Source of the DNA: Tubiluchus corallicola
Lineage: Eukaryota; Animalia; Priapulida
Length of the DNA: 36,748 nucleotides
Reading direction: 5' to 3'
NCBI GenBank assembly: GCA_030141605.1
Contig: JAQGDQ010001517.1
Span: 1 to 36,748, forward strand
The position numbers and the translations under genes were made by a program. Numbering within the stretch: the stretch's first letter is position 1; the number at the start of each line of letters is the position of its first letter. The notes beneath the pieces are model-generated. The model had not been told where the DNA came from. It saw nothing but the letters and a program-made list of their open reading frames with translations, and ran no database searches. Positions 1 through 13,783 of this stretch are shown here, one piece after another.

Positions 1-17
1 TGTATATATATCTTTAA

Positions 18-565
18 AGGAAAACCCGATGATTGTGTAAACACGAGTTCAGAATAAAGAATGCTCTAAAATATTGAAAACTACAAAAGCTTTTTTTAAA
101 TCAAAGTTTACATTAAATAATAATTACCTTGGATAGACAAAATTTTTTAAACTTTCAAAGCTACGAGCGGCTAAGTGAATCTACTAAGATTGGCAACGGC
201 ACCTTTTTGTCACATTCGCGTTGCTGACAAATAGAAGGCGGTACCGTGATAAGCATAATCATGAGCTGCTGTGTTAGTTTCTGACGTCATATGATGTAGA
301 GCCCATTTTTCATGACATCACACGTTTAAGCAGTACGGTAACACTTACGCAAATGTGCTGATGTACAGGTGAAGATGCCCGCCATTGCACAAACTGTGGT
401 TAGTTTCTAATGTAAGCAATAGCTGTGTTCGGTTGCTGTTAATTAACTTTCTAAACTAATTATTCAAATATAAGAAACAATTGTTAACTTTTATAGGCAA
501 GAAAATGTATGTTTTGGACAGTAAATTAAAATGAGATTGAGTCTAAACAATCGACCGGTTTTCCT
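18..565. mobile_element. MITE with AGG...CCT termini (Kolobok/T2-like); counterpart at ~23882-24428
   Basis: Imperfect ~30 bp TIR aaggaaaacccgatgattg / caatcgaccggttttcctt; TTAA on the left flank; another copy at 16672. Confidence 0.6.
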
Positions 566-586
566 TACACAAATTTTACAACTTAC

Positions 587-677
587 ACTTCTGATTCTGT
601 TCCGCATCTAGCAACATCCTTCCGAGCTCCGAGACCGGCATTAATTGTCTCAACTTTGATTCTTCACTTTTCTCTCC
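587..677 (-). CDS. WDR36: WDR36 copy 1, exon K (gene continues beyond left edge)
   Basis: tttAG|GGA...T|GTaagt; GEKSEESKLRQLMPVSELGRMLLDAEQNQK; in copy 2 the equivalent exon bridges J' and L' in frame. Confidence 0.85.
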
Positions 678-1281
678 CTAAACAGCACATATAACACAAC
701 ATCAAACGTTAGAAAGAGAAAATTTCAAGGAGTGAAACGGGAAGCAGAATAAATTTAAAGGAAAACATAACCATATTTTGTATCCTGCCCATATCAGAGC
801 ATTTCTGATAATTGAATAATAGGTTAAAAATTTAATTAATGTCCAACAAGTGACATTAACAAATGAATTAACAAGGTGACATTTATGGCTGCTACAAACA
901 ATTACTAGTTATCAGTGTCCTAGGTATAGCTTAGTTAATTCTTAGTGGGCCTTTTAGCTTAAGCGAGGGAGGAAGAGGGGGTGTGGGTTGGGGGGGGGGG
1001 GGTTGGGAGAAAATTTTTGCCAATAGAATTTTGGAGAAGCATTTTCGAAGAGAAATTATGGAGTTATACAGTTGTTAAAGGAAAGAACAATTGAAAGAAA
1101 AACTGTTTTATCCTCAAGACCAGTACTTGGTACTTGTCAATACTGGCAAACAAAAAGTGTTACATCACTCCCCCCCCCCCCCCCGCGAAATAGGCCCTGC
1201 TTACCTCCATTGTGCAATAAATTTAACAGAAAATGCAAAAAAATAAGTTAAACTGAAGTCGGGTTAATCAAGCTTGCTTAC

Positions 1282-1401
1282 TTTGCTTTCGGTTGCTCCA
1301 TCTGCTGGCACAAATTTGAAGCCTTCGACGCTGGCAACAGTCGGTAGAAAAAACGGGGCGGCTTTCGGTTTTCTTGGCGGCTGTTTGGGTTTATTTCTTC
1401 T
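1282..1401 (-). CDS. WDR36: WDR36 copy 1, exon J
   Basis: RRNKPKQPPRKPKAAPFFLPTVASVEGFKFVPADGATESK; NKPKxPP..APFFLPT motif. Confidence 0.92.
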
Positions 1402-1994
1402 CTGTAAGCAAAAAAATTCATTAAAACTGTCGATTAAAACTAATTAAATTTGAAAATTAATAATGTCTGATTTTAATAAAATTAGACTTTAATAAAAAAA
1501 AATCTATTAGCTAAATATTTAATAGAAGATTATTTAAAAGATTAAAACTTCTTGCTATGGAAAAATTTAAGTTTATACAGAGAGTAAGCACATCTCACAA
1601 AAACTCATGTATACAAAAACGACTTCCCGCAAAGTGTGCACACGTATCCACTCAGCCATGAATCCCCAATAAAAACTACTAGAAGCAAGCTTAATCAATC
1701 ATAAAAAGGTGGTATTGATATGAGAAATTATTGAAATATGGTATATTGTGGTGGTAGATGATATTGAAAAGAACTTTAATTTACTGGCACTAGGTGGAGC
1801 TAAATAAAAGAAAAAAGTTAGAGGAACCACCAACCCTCAATCAACATTTATTGCATTTTAATACACAATTAAAAATATTGAAATCAAAGCACAAGATATG
1901 CGTATAGGATGTTTTGCTTAAAAAATGTAAAAGAAATTTAAATATTTTTTATCTCCCACCAAACGAACGTCGCTGCCGGCATATTTGAAAAAAA

Positions 1995-4010
1995 TGACGT
2001 AAGCTGGTGTCCCCTGGGCAGCGTGAATGCTGTGAAGGCAAGCTGTGATGAAGTAAGCTAGTGTCTGCTGGGCAGTGTGAATGCTGTGAAGGCAAGCTGT
2101 GATGAAGTAAGCTGGTGTCTGCTGGGCAGTGTGAATGCTGTGAAGGCAAGCTGTGATGACGTAAGCTGGTGTCTGCTGGGCAGCGTGAATGCAGTGAAGG
2201 CAAGCTGTGATGAAGTAAGCTAGTGTCTGCTGGGCAGTGTGAATGCCGTGAAGGTAAGCTGTGATGAAGTAAGCTAGTGTCTGCTGGGCAGCGTGACTGC
2301 TGTGAAGGCAAGCTGTGATGACGTAGGCTGGTGTCTGCTGGGCAGTGTGAATGCAGTGAAGGCAAGCTGTGATGGCGTAAGCTAGTGTCTGCTGGGCAGT
2401 GTGAATGCAGTGAAGGCAAGCTGTGATGAAGTAAGCTAGTGTCTGCTGGGCAGTGTGAATGCTGTGAAGGTAAGCTGTGATGAAGTAAGCTAGTGTCTGC
2501 TGGGCAGTGTGAATGCTGTGAAGGCAAGCTGTGATGAAGTAAGCTAGTGTCCACTGGGCAGCGTGAATGCTGTGAAGGCAAGCTGTGATGAAGTAAGCTA
2601 GTGTCTGCTGGGCAGTGTGAATGCTGTGAAGGCAAGCTGTGATGAAGTAAGCTAGTGTCTGCTGGGCAGTGTGAATGCTGTGAAGGCAAGCTGTGATGAA
2701 GTAAGCTAGTGTCTGCTGGGCAGTGTGAATGCTGTGAAGGCAAGCTGTGATGAAGTAAGCTAGTGTCTGCTGGGCAGTGTGAATGCTGTGAAGGTAAGCT
2801 GTGATGAAGTAAGCTGGTGTCTGCTGGGCAGCGTGAATGCAGTGAAGGCAAGTTGTGATGATGTAAGCTGGTGTCTGCTGGGCAGTGTGAATGCTGTGAA
2901 GGCAAGCTGTGATGAAGTAAGCTAGTGTCTGCTGGGCAGTGTGAATGCTGTGAAGGCAAGCTGTGATGAAGTAAGCTAGTGTCTGCTGGGCAGTGTGAAT
3001 GCTGTGAAGGTAAGCTGTGATGAAGTAAGCTAGTGTCTGCTGGGCAGTGTGAATGCTGTGAAGGCAAGCTGTGATGAAGTAAGCTAGTGTCTGCTGGGCA
3101 GTGTGAATGCTGTGAAGGCAAGCTGTGATGAAGGTAAGCTAGTGTCTGCTGGGCAGTGTGAATGCTGTGAAGGCAAGCTGTGATGAAGTAAGCTAGTGTC
3201 TGCTGGGCAGTGTGAATGCTGTGAAGGCAAGCTGTGATGAAGTAAGCTAGTGTCTGCTGGGCAGTGTGAATGCTGTGAAGGCAAGCTGTGATGAAGTAAG
3301 CTAGTGTCTGCTGGGCAGTGTGAATGCTGTGAAGGCAAGCTGTGATGAAGTAAGCTGGTGTCTGCTGGGCAGCATGAATGCAGTGAAGGCAAGCTGTGAT
3401 GAAGTAAGCTGGTGTCTGCTGGGCAGCGTGAATGCAGTGAAGGCAAGCTGTGATGAAGTAAGCTGGTGTCTGCTGGGCAGCGTGAATGCTGTGAAGGCAA
3501 GCTGTGATGAAGTAAGCTGGTGTCTGCTGGGCAGCGTGAATGCAGTGAAGGCAAGCTGTGATGAAGGTACGCTGGTGTCTGCTGGGCAGCGTGAATGCAG
3601 TGAAGGCAAGCTGTGATGAAGTAAGCTAGTGTCTGCTGGGCAGCGTGAATGCAGTGAAGGCAAGTTGTGATGACGTAAGCTGGTGTCTGCTGGGCAGTGT
3701 GAATGCAGTGAAGGCAAGCTGTGATGAAGTAAGCTAGTGTCTGCTGGGCAGCGTGAATGCAGTGAAGGCAAGCTGTGATGAAGTAAGCTAGTGTCTGCTG
3801 GGCAGTGTGAATGCTGTGAAGGCAAGCTGTGATGAAGTAAGCTAGTGTCTGCTTGGCAGTGTGAATGCAGTGAAGGCAAGCTGTGATGAAGATACGCTGG
3901 TGTCTGCTGGGCAGTGTGAATGCAGTGAAGGCAAGCTGTGATGACGTAAGCTGGTGTCTGCTGGGCAGCGTGTTGCGATGGCGTGAAGGCAAGCTGTGAT
4001 GAAGGTACGC
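1995..4010. repeat. 54-bp minisatellite, ~37 copies, WDR36 intron I-J
   Basis: Unit gtgtctgctgggcagtgtgaatgctgtgaaggcaagctgtgatgaagtaagcta. Confidence 0.97.
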
Positions 4011-4635
4011 GTTGAGAAATTTCTACAGTTCACTCAGAAGTTCAGTTATTCTAGTGTTGTCTTTAACTATGGAAAAATTAGTCATTCGATCAAGTATGAC
4101 CAAGATTAAAGTGGTTACATAGCTTTAACCCACGGGATTATACCGTAAAATTTGTAAGTGGTATACATTAATTGCGTAAATTAATTTACAGACTTTTGTT
4201 GACTTTCAGATACACATGTAAACTTGCGAGCTACAGTAGGTACCGGGTGGGTTACTTAGTTTATAGAGATCGCTCTATAAGTCAAAAAAAAGATTGCTGA
4301 AACACTTGGCAGAATAACTGTTTATATTGCATGCTAACCAGATGACGCCATTTTTCACCAAAATGAGCGCGCCCAAGCGTGAAGTGATCGCGATTTTAAA
4401 TTGAAATTATTAATTACACGAGGCGCTTATCACAGTTTCATTGCTGAAACTTTCTAACATTTTCCTCAAATATTAGAATAAGTTCAACTTCCCGAGAGAC
4501 TTGACTTTTCCTTTAACAGGCAAAACTCCTTTCATCTCGGTTCAGTCTGCTAAGATGTGTTTCCCTCAAATCAACTAATAACTGCATTCTTAGTTTTTAT
4601 TTCACCGTAAACAGAAAATACTTTGATAAATTCAC

Positions 4636-4781
4636 CCGAATTAAATCCAGATTGGTCAGGTTTTTCCATCGCGACTCCGGCAGCAGCGACAACGTCACCA
4701 GTTCGCTGGCAATCTGCTCCGGTGATTGAAATTCCACAGCCTCTTCATCGGCGGATTGTGTCGCATCTCCAACCTCTAAAC
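4636..4781 (-). CDS. WDR36: WDR36 copy 1, exon I
   Basis: (G)LEVGDATQSADEEAVEFQSPEQIASELVTLSLLPESRWKNLTNLDLIR; Utp21 C-terminal domain motif LVTLSLLPESRWKNL. Confidence 0.92.
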
Positions 4782-5077
4782 CTACCAATAATCAATAATC
4801 AAACTGATTTAAATATATTAATTAATTAAATGAAGCTTTTGAATTTGAGGGTGTAGCGCAGCGGTGTAGACAAGCGACTTTTCCGTTGGAGCTCCAGAGA
4901 GTGCTTGCATATTCATAGGCTGCCATGAAGGCTTAGCACATTAAGAAAAAATGCCACTAAGTCAAAAACACTCAATTAAATAAATAAAGCTTTTGAATTT
5001 GAGGGTGCAGCACAGTGGTCTAGACATATGATTCTTACGGTGCAGCTCCAGAGAGTGCTTACAAATTCTTGACTTAC

Positions 5078-5286
5078 CTGAACTTGACAGCAGTACAGCG
5101 GGTAACTCCATCAGCCCCGGTTCGAAATTTGCCGGTAGGGGGCGCAGTGAAATGTGCGTATACAGTGATCGATTGGACCACAGATAAACGCCGAAGTCGT
5201 CGACGTGGGAGGTGGCCAGGAATTCTCCCGTGGGAGACATTGTGAGACTGGTGCAAGCCGAGTCCAGCAAAAAACAATCTATAGGA
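5078..5286 (-). CDS. WDR36: WDR36 copy 1, exon H
   Basis: (S)PIDCFLLDSACTSLTMSPTGEFLATSHVDDFGVYLWSNRSLYTHISLRPLPANFEPGLMELPAVLLSSS. Confidence 0.93.
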
Positions 5287-5356
5287 CTAAATGAGAAAAA
5301 AACTAAAAGTCAATTTTAAAGTATGTTCCAAAAAAACTTTCCAAACTGAAGCTATA

Positions 5357-5998
5357 TGTGAGCTTGTAAACCAAAGCTGTCCGCAAGTCGGCATAGTTAA
5401 AACTACGTTACGATGATTCAAAGTAGAAGGACCCAGAAATTTGATCAAATGTCAATTTTTCATATTTCATAAAAACAAATGCTAAATATATTGGACTTTT
5501 ATATTCTAGCATTAAATTATGAAAAAAGTGTTCAAAAAACACTGAAAAACTTTGCTGTCTAGAAATTGGTACTGCAATTGTAAAGAAGCTTGTATTTTCA
5601 AACTCTGATTGTAGCTCGAGGAAGCAGCCATTTTGCTTCAGTTTTTTCTGTTGTCAAACCCAGATCTTCATCAGGAAGAGCCATCTACTGGATTTAACTA
5701 TAACTTCAAAGTGTTCTTGCAAAGTTCGTAGCAACCAACATTTGTACACGGTTGTTAAGTGTTTTGTAGAAATGTGACAAAAAACAAAGCCTAACTTTAA
5801 CAGTGATTTTCTCAAGATTATGTTTTTCAGTGTGCAGCCTGCACCTCAACTTCAACGTGGATTATCTCAGCTTAGAAATAACAAAGAGCGATGAACTTGG
5901 TATCAAAATGATCCTCATGAAATGGAGATTCAGGATATGTGAATAACTGGAAAAGCTTAATTGCCGAATTGTGGACGATTTTGCTATGCAAGCACACA
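5357..5998. mobile_element. ~640 bp MITE with ~37 bp imperfect TIRs; relatives at ~11020-11283, 18559-19200, 27724-27826, 29385-30060
   Basis: tgtgagcttgtaaaccaaagctgtccgcaagtcggca vs reverse complement of the other end tgtgtgcttgcatagcaaaatcgtccacaattcggca. Confidence 0.7.
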
Positions 5999-6938
5999 AT
6001 TGACTTTCCATTATCCTTACCTGTTTGAAAGACGTTCGTAATTGAAAAAGAAACTTCCTAATAATTTAAAATGTTTGCACCACCTGGTAAAATATCGCGG
6101 TATCAACATCCCAGTGTGCACTACTGTTTCACCAAAATAATATTTTTAACCTTTTTTGCAAAGATACAGTAATTTAAAATTTTGCTTAGTTAGCGAAATC
6201 TACAAGGAATGCTCTTTTTTCAAACTTTACTCGGTGTTATCTAAACTTCTATCAAACAAATCAGCGTTAAAATGGTTGCACCTAACGATCAGCGCGGGAG
6301 TTTAAACTTACAAGTCTTTTATACTGTGTTACTGCCATCACAAGCTCTGTATGCAATAAGATAGCGTGTAACTAATATAAACTTTCAAAACAAATTTTTA
6401 GCCTTATGTAAGTATAAAGTTTGTTTATGTTTTAAACATGCGAGTCGACAGCAATTAATCATTAAAATTTTAGCAAACAATATTCAATATGTTTTTACAG
6501 CACTGTGACTTCATACATTACTAAAACTACAATTGTATACTTACTAGCATCAATGAAGCAATAAAACAAAATTGAACTGAACTGAAATATCAAATTTGGC
6601 AAAATGTAGAGCAACCATCCGCGCACTAATACGTCTAAAACGGAGCATTTAAACTAACATGTCTACGCTTAAATACTGACAACCTTCTAGCACTCATTGC
6701 GAGATCCTGGGTTCAATTCCGAGTAGAAAGATAGTTTTCTACAATTCTAAATAGTAACAAGATGGTACGGTTACAAAAGCAAGAAAAATCGAGCATTCGT
6801 TTTTTGCCAGTAGTGCACATAAGGAATTTAAAAACAAACGTTGTAGCCAAAAAAGTGACGTCCGCACAAACTGCACTAAAAAGAGAGACATATGCACAAA
6901 CCGCACTAAAACGAGATATATATGCAGAAACCGCACAC

Positions 6939-7018
6939 CTCATTGAAGGCAGGTCCCACGTGCGTAACGTACAATCCATGGACGACGTAATCAGCCACCT
7001 AGCATCCGGAGTAAAGGT
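6939..7018 (-). CDS. WDR36: WDR36 copy 1, exon G
   Basis: TFTPDARWLITSSMDCTLRTWDLPSM; WD40 repeat, 80 bp. Confidence 0.92.
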
Positions 7019-7287
7019 CTGTGTACACCAAAACAAAGGAAACATAAAGCTTCATTACACTATCTAATATTTAGATTTACTGAGCATGTCAACTTACAAT
7101 ATCTTTCGGCGGTTTGTCATAAGAGGAACTGGACGCAAGTCTGACCAGAATATTAAAGCGGTGCAACCCAACATACAAGACATTGGGTTGATAGAACCCA
7201 ACATTGGACATTACACGCGAACCAAGTATGGCGGTACATACGATAAATTTATCAAAACAGATAGCGAATTAAAGTTAATTTGTATAA

Positions 7288-7900
<613 letters not shown>

Positions 7901-8745
7901 GTTCAATAATGGGAAAGAAGAGACACACGTGACTATCTTTAAATAATAATTTAACTATTACATATTTAAAATTAATATTACGAGGAATTAGAGCTAAAGG
8001 AAGAAAAAAATTAATTTTTTGCTTGTAGCTAGCTTGGATAGAAAGACTGAAAGAAATATGTGCGGAAACTTTACAGTCGGCTGCATAGATTCACTGAATT
8101 CATAGAAACATTGAAATTGATACTTTCAGACTTGACTTATAAGGCTGGTTCACACTAGTGGTTAAGTAAGAAGAAACCCAACTATTGACGACATCACAAA
8201 CTAACATAATTTTCAACAGCAAAAATATTCTACGAGCGTGTTGCACGTGTTTGCGAAAGAGAAAATTGAAGTACAGTGCTACTGTAAGATATTCCGTGTT
8301 TTGCACTAAAACTAGGCAAGTTATGAGATAAAAATTAAATTTCAAATTAACTGCTGTGCTCATACACGAACTGTCGAATGTGTGTAGTTCGTCACAAACT
8401 AACACTTCTGAACTGTGAGGTACACCACCTTTTTTTGTGCAATGTGTTTCCGAAATGCAGGCGCTAGTGCCCGTCTAACTAGCGAATGGCTAAACGCATG
8501 TAACAGTGAAGAACTAGTGGCGCGAACGTGAAATTGTGTTTGTGTGGTAATAATTCTTTCTCGTAAGTCATTTTTGAAAAAATAGTATGTTTCTTTTCAA
8601 TATTTTAAAGAGTGGATTGTTTTGTTTTGACCTGCAGTTTAACATTGGGTTCCGTTTTGCTTTAATGACAATCAACTGCCACGATTCTCAGTACTAAATG
8701 CGTTCAGAGCTTTGAAACCCGTGGAGCGTGTCAAACGGAACTCAC

Positions 8746-8854
8746 CATATCCGTGATACTGCCAGCGTGGCCGCTGAATTCACGAACAATCCTCCGTATG
8801 TCGACATCCACGATGTTTACGCTAAAATTATCCAAAGCAACTGCCAACATTGAG
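8746..8854 (-). CDS. WDR36: WDR36 copy 1, exon F
   Basis: (S)SMLAVALDNFSVNIVDVDIRRIVREFSGHAGSITDM; donor GTGAGT. Confidence 0.93.
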
Positions 8855-9614
8855 CTGAAAGGAAACAAAATTTGCGCATTATCGTTTCAATTCAATTTCA
8901 ATTTATTTATCTCTTTATAATACTACGCTAAAACATGATTAATAAAAGAATTGCTAATAAGTTTTGAAAAACGGTTAAAATGTATAGATAGATCTAGAAC
9001 TAGAGAAAGGATAGCAAAAAGACTATAAAGTCACCTAGTCTGCTATCCTTTACCAAATATAGATAAAATGATTTTTAGACACTGGTGGGCATTAATGTTA
9101 TCAGTTTAATTTAGGAAACATTAGTAATTTTTAAAATTATGACATTTTTATATAATCAAGTAATCCAGAATAAAGAAAATACATGTAGTTTAATTAGCCG
9201 GCAACAAAATAAGGTCAAATAAGGTCGTCAACAAGAAACGTAGGAGGAAAAGAAGGAGAAAGACGCAGAAAAATTAAAATCGGGAAATCACAATCGCCTA
9301 GTTACGTCAGCGCATGACATACGTCGAATTCAATTCTGAGTCTATTTTTACATTTTCTAGTTATTCGTGAGGCATTTTCATTTTTCATTAACATTCACAC
9401 CCCCAGAATTTCACAAATATAAAAAAACTCCACAATAATTCCACAATTTCCATTTTCATTCAAAAAACAAAAAAAAATTAGCTATTTTTCCCCCAGAACG
9501 AAATAAAAACGATATAAAACATGTTACTCTGAGATAAGATGTAGACGGATACCGTCAAATAGTAGTAATTAACGAACGCAATTAACGCAACCACCGAAAA
9601 TTAACACTTTATAC

Positions 9615-10091
9615 CAGGGGTGTGCAAACTGAGGCCCGCGGGCCACTTGCGGCCCGCCGAGAGATCTTGTGCGGCCCACGAAGAGGTTTATCAACGTAAT
9701 GAAAGTGCGGCCCACGAAGAGGTTTATCAACGTCATGAAAGTGCGGCCCACGAAGAGGTTTGTCAACGTAATGAAAGTGCGGCCCACACGATCCAGCTGA
9801 AGTCTGCGCCAATATCGCAACGATAGTGCGGGTAGTTTTTTCCTCTAGATCGGATGGCAGTAACCATTACAAGACTGTTGTCACTTAAGGTCACTTAATA
9901 TATTTTTAATAACTTCCAAAATAGTTTCTTGAGTGTAGTAGTGCAGTAGTGATGATATGCGCAAATCGGATGCAAAAAAATCATTATTAGGTCCTACTGT
10001 ACTTGACTCCTTGACCAAACTGCATGTGGCCCACAGGAATTGCTGGAATGTTTAATGTGGCCCGGCTAGTCAGATAATTTGCACACCCCTG
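9615..10091. mobile_element. hAT (Charlie-like) MITE with internal 36-bp tandem repeat
   Basis: TIR CAGGGGTGTGCAAA / TTTGCACACCCCTG; repeated GCGGCCC subterminal motifs; degenerate 8-bp TSD ctttatac/gtttacat. Confidence 0.8.
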
Positions 10092-10152
10092 GTTTACATA
10101 TACATGTGAACACATGTAATAAAAGTTAACGTGAATGAGCCTTTAGATTTAC

Positions 10153-10318
10153 CTCTCTCTGTGCAGACACGTACGGGACACGACTGCCGACAATTTCAAC
10201 GAATCCAGCAACTCTTTCGACTTAAACCTCCAGAATTTCACCAGCTTGTCGGAGCCAGCCGTGACGGCGACTTGATTCAAGTTGTCGACAGCGGCCCCAC
10301 GTACCGCACCCTGGTGCC
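10153..10318 (-). CDS. WDR36: WDR36 copy 1, exon E
   Basis: (G)HQGAVRGAAVDNLNQVAVTAGSDKLVKFWRFKSKELLDSLKLSAVVSRTCLHRE; WD40 repeat; AG/GT bounded. Confidence 0.93.
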
Positions 10319-10367
10319 CTGGTAAAATAACCACAATTTTGTTAGCAGTTTGTTAGAGCGAGTTAAC

Positions 10368-10990
10368 GGCGGGGTGCAACAACGCATGCAAAGCAACTGC
10401 AGTTAAGCGACACTAAACTTGCTTGGAAAGCGGATGGGTCATCATACGGAAAAGCAAAGCGGAGTGCAACAAAGCACGCAAAGCAATTGAAGTTAAGCGA
10501 CACTAAACTTGCTTGGAAAATGAATGAGTCATCATACGGAAAAGCAAAGCGGAGTGCAACAAAGCACACAAAGCAATTGAAGTTAAGCGACACTAAACTT
10601 ACTTGGAAAATGAATGAGTCATCATACGGAAAAGCAAAGCGGAGTGCAACAAAGCACGCAAAGCAATTGAAGTTAAGCGACACTAAACTTGCTTGGAAAA
10701 TGAATGGGTCATCATACGGAAAAGCGAAGCGGAGTGCAACAAAGCACGCAAAGCAATTGAAGTTAAGCGACACTAAACTTGCTTGGAAAATGAATGGGTC
10801 ATCATACGGAAAAGCAAAGCGGAGTGCAACAAAGCACGCAAAGCAATTGAAGTTAAGCGACACTAAACTTGCTTGGAAAATGAATGAGTCATCATACGGA
10901 AAAGCAAAGCGGAGTGCAACAAAGCACGCAAAGCAATTGAAGTTAAGCGACACTAAACTTGCTTGGAAAATGGATGGGTCATCATACAGA
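10368..10990. repeat. 120-bp minisatellite, ~5 copies, just upstream of the exon E acceptor
   Basis: Sequence lines recur every 120 bp. Confidence 0.95.
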
Positions 10991-11378
10991 AACGCGGAAC
11001 TGGATAGTCTTGTCCACCATGTTATAAAAACAAACGTTTTTTACGCTTGTACTACTACTAGTTTCTAGCCAGAAAAGTGGGTACAGGGCTATAAAATTAG
11101 ATTTTTAATATTTTTTGAACATTTTCTTGATAATTTGATGCTGGAATACAGAAGTCCAACATATTTAGCTTTTGTTTTTATAAAAAACATTTGACCAAAT
11201 TTTTGATGCTTCCTACTTTGAAGCATCATAACGTAGTTTTAACTTAAGCCGACTTACGGACGGCTTTGGTTTGCAAGCACACATATATTATGTGTGGATT
11301 GAACCATCATATCTTCTCGTTTTTACCCTGAATTACTTTATCCACCTAAAAATCGTACAGTTTTAAATTATCGGGTAC

Positions 11379-11493
11379 CTTTGGGATTTCCGTAAGAACC
11401 TCGGTGAATGCCAGACTGCATGTTGTAGCAGTCGACGTGTCCTGACGAATAACCCAGTATGCAGAAATTGCCACAAGATGTCACTGTCACAAC
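11379..11493 (-). CDS. WDR36: WDR36 copy 1, exon D
   Basis: VVTVTSCGNFCILGYSSGHVDCYNMQSGIHRGSYGNPK; SCGNF and YNMQSGIHRG family motifs. Confidence 0.94.
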
Positions 11494-11553
11494 CTGGGAG
11501 AACAGAAGCGAGAAATCATTGATGCACGACAATCACGACTTCATGCATGTAAA

Positions 11554-11992
11554 CAGTGGCAGTTCATAGCTAAAATTACTCAGGGAGGGGGTGTGCTGGT
11601 GGTGAGAGGGGGTGGTAGCCATTGTTTTAATGCCGTGCAAAACAAAACAAACCTATGTAATTTTATTGATGTAATTTTAAACAAACAAACCTACGAAAAT
11701 TTAGCCTAAATTGTCACAGTTCAAGCTTGATCCATTCACGGTAAGCATGTGACAACCGACAACAAACTGCGTGAGGGACAGTTCTTTTTCTACCTGGGCT
11801 CAGACATGTGCACGACAGCCAAACACCACTGTGCTGGGCTGTGAAGCAAACAGTACTACCCTCACGTGCTGTGGTTCCGTATATGTATAAAGAAAGAACT
11901 AAAAAAGAAGTTATCATATTGAATATTATCAATTATGTTGAGTGAAAATAGGGGGTAATGCAGTTCCACAGTACCTATACACGAGCCGCCAC
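11554..11992. mobile_element. MITE with CAGTGGC...GCCACT termini; relative at ~25100-25762 with an internal ~180 bp duplication
   Basis: cagtggcagttc / gagccgccacta; shared body ctgtgctgggctgtgaagcaaacagtactaccctcacg. Confidence 0.55.
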
Positions 11993-12636
11993 TACAAGTA
12001 AGCTGTCTTTTTTTTATACGTAGCAAACATTTTATACGTAGAATAAGCTACTATACATAGCAAAGTGACACATATGTATACTTAACACATATGTATGAAG
12101 ACTTTCACACCCCAGAATTTAGCAGGCCAGATTTACACTAACAGAAAAACATGGATACTTTAAATAACAAGGTGATGACAGAAAGTGATACATAACTTGT
12201 GAATTTTAGAAAATATTGATAAATACTGATATATTTATCAAAAATAGTTGCACTTCAATCAATGCATTTTTTTTCTATACTCAATCTCAATTATTTAAGA
12301 TTTAATTTTTGTCACATAACATCTTAAAAGACAAGAAAAGACTCTTCATAAATACATCTTAAAAAATGCCTCTTAAAATTTTATATCACTTACATGCTGT
12401 CTTACTGCACACAGAGATTGCATTGGCAGTAACCCTGCACAAAACTTGTAAATTTAAACTCTTGTGATGAATGTTCGGAGCGGCGATTTTGACGATGAGT
12501 CGTTTGAAACAAGTTTAGATAACAATGTGTAAAGTTTAAAAAATAACCACAGCATTCGTAGTGTACATGTCACTAACTAAGAAAAAGTATAAATTACTTT
12601 AAAGTTGTCAAAAAGATCAAAAATGTTTTTTTGGTG

Positions 12637-13390
12637 AATCAGTGGTGCACACTGGGATGGTAAATCAGTGATGCACACTGGGATGGTAAATCAGTGGTGC
12701 ACACTGGGATGGTAAATCAGTGATGCACACTGGGATGGTAAATCAGTGGTGCACACTGGGATGGTAAATCAGTGATGCGCACTGGGATGGTAAATCAGTG
12801 ATGCGCACTGGGATGGCAAATCAGTGATGCAAACTGGGATGGTAAATCAGTGATGCGCACTGGGATGGCAAATCAGTGATGCAAACTGGGATGGTAAATC
12901 AGTGATGCACACTGGGATGGTAAATCAGTGGTGCACACTGGGATGGTAAATCAGTGATGCACACTGGGATGGTAAATCAGTGGTGCACACTGGGATGGTA
13001 AATCAGTGATGCGCACTGGGATGGTAAATCAGTGATGCGCACTGGGATGGCAAATCAGTGATGCACACTGGGATGGTAAATCAGTGATGCGCACTGGGAT
13101 GGCAAATCAGTGATGCAAACTGGGATGGTAAATCAGTGATGCACACTGGGATGGTAAATCAGTGATGCAAACTGGGATGGTAAATCAGTGATGCAAACTG
13201 GGATGGTAAATCAGTGATGCAAACTGGGATGGTAAATCAGTGATGCAAACTGGGATGGTAAATCAGTGATGCGCACTGGGATGGTAAATCAGTGATGCGC
13301 ACTGGGATGGCAAATCAGTGATGCAAACTGGGATGGTAAATCAGTGATACGCACTGGGATGGTAAATCAGTGATACGCACTGGGATGGCT
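12637..13390. repeat. 26-bp minisatellite, ~29 copies
   Basis: Unit aatcagtgatgcacactgggatggta. Confidence 0.97.
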
Positions 13391-13783
13391 ATGCAGTGCT
13401 GTTTTATCTTTTTTTAATTACACAAGTCTTTCCCGAAGGCTGCAGACCACATGACGCGGACTCTTCCGAAAACCGCCAACTTCGCCTACCACTCTCCATC
13501 AACGCACTTGCCATGCCAAACGTCCATTTTACATAATAAATTAACCTCGTTATAACGCCAGGCAGTGCGCAGTGAATTACCCAAAAAACGTTATTGTGTT
13601 GCAAAGACAACATCCTTTTAAATACAAACAATAATGATGTTTAAGGATTTAAATCTTCTAACTCTTTCCTCACACCGCGAGGCCATTACTCCCGTAAAAT
13701 TTATCCTCCGTGCGCGTGTACGCTGTACGACAAAAAGACATTGACATGTCACACACGATACAACTTTTGCGTACCCCCCCCCC

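Noticed and set aside
1949-3992. His-rich long ORFs, and counterparts at 20531-22623
   Set aside because: Translations of an intronic 54-bp minisatellite; 55-bp units shift frame and several frames are open
10363-11068. 193-196 aa ORFs on both strands
   Set aside because: Product of the 120-bp tandem repeat inside WDR36 intron D-E
12637-13390. CRISPR-like array of 26-bp repeats
   Set aside because: Head-to-tail units with no unique spacers, no cas genes, eukaryotic intron
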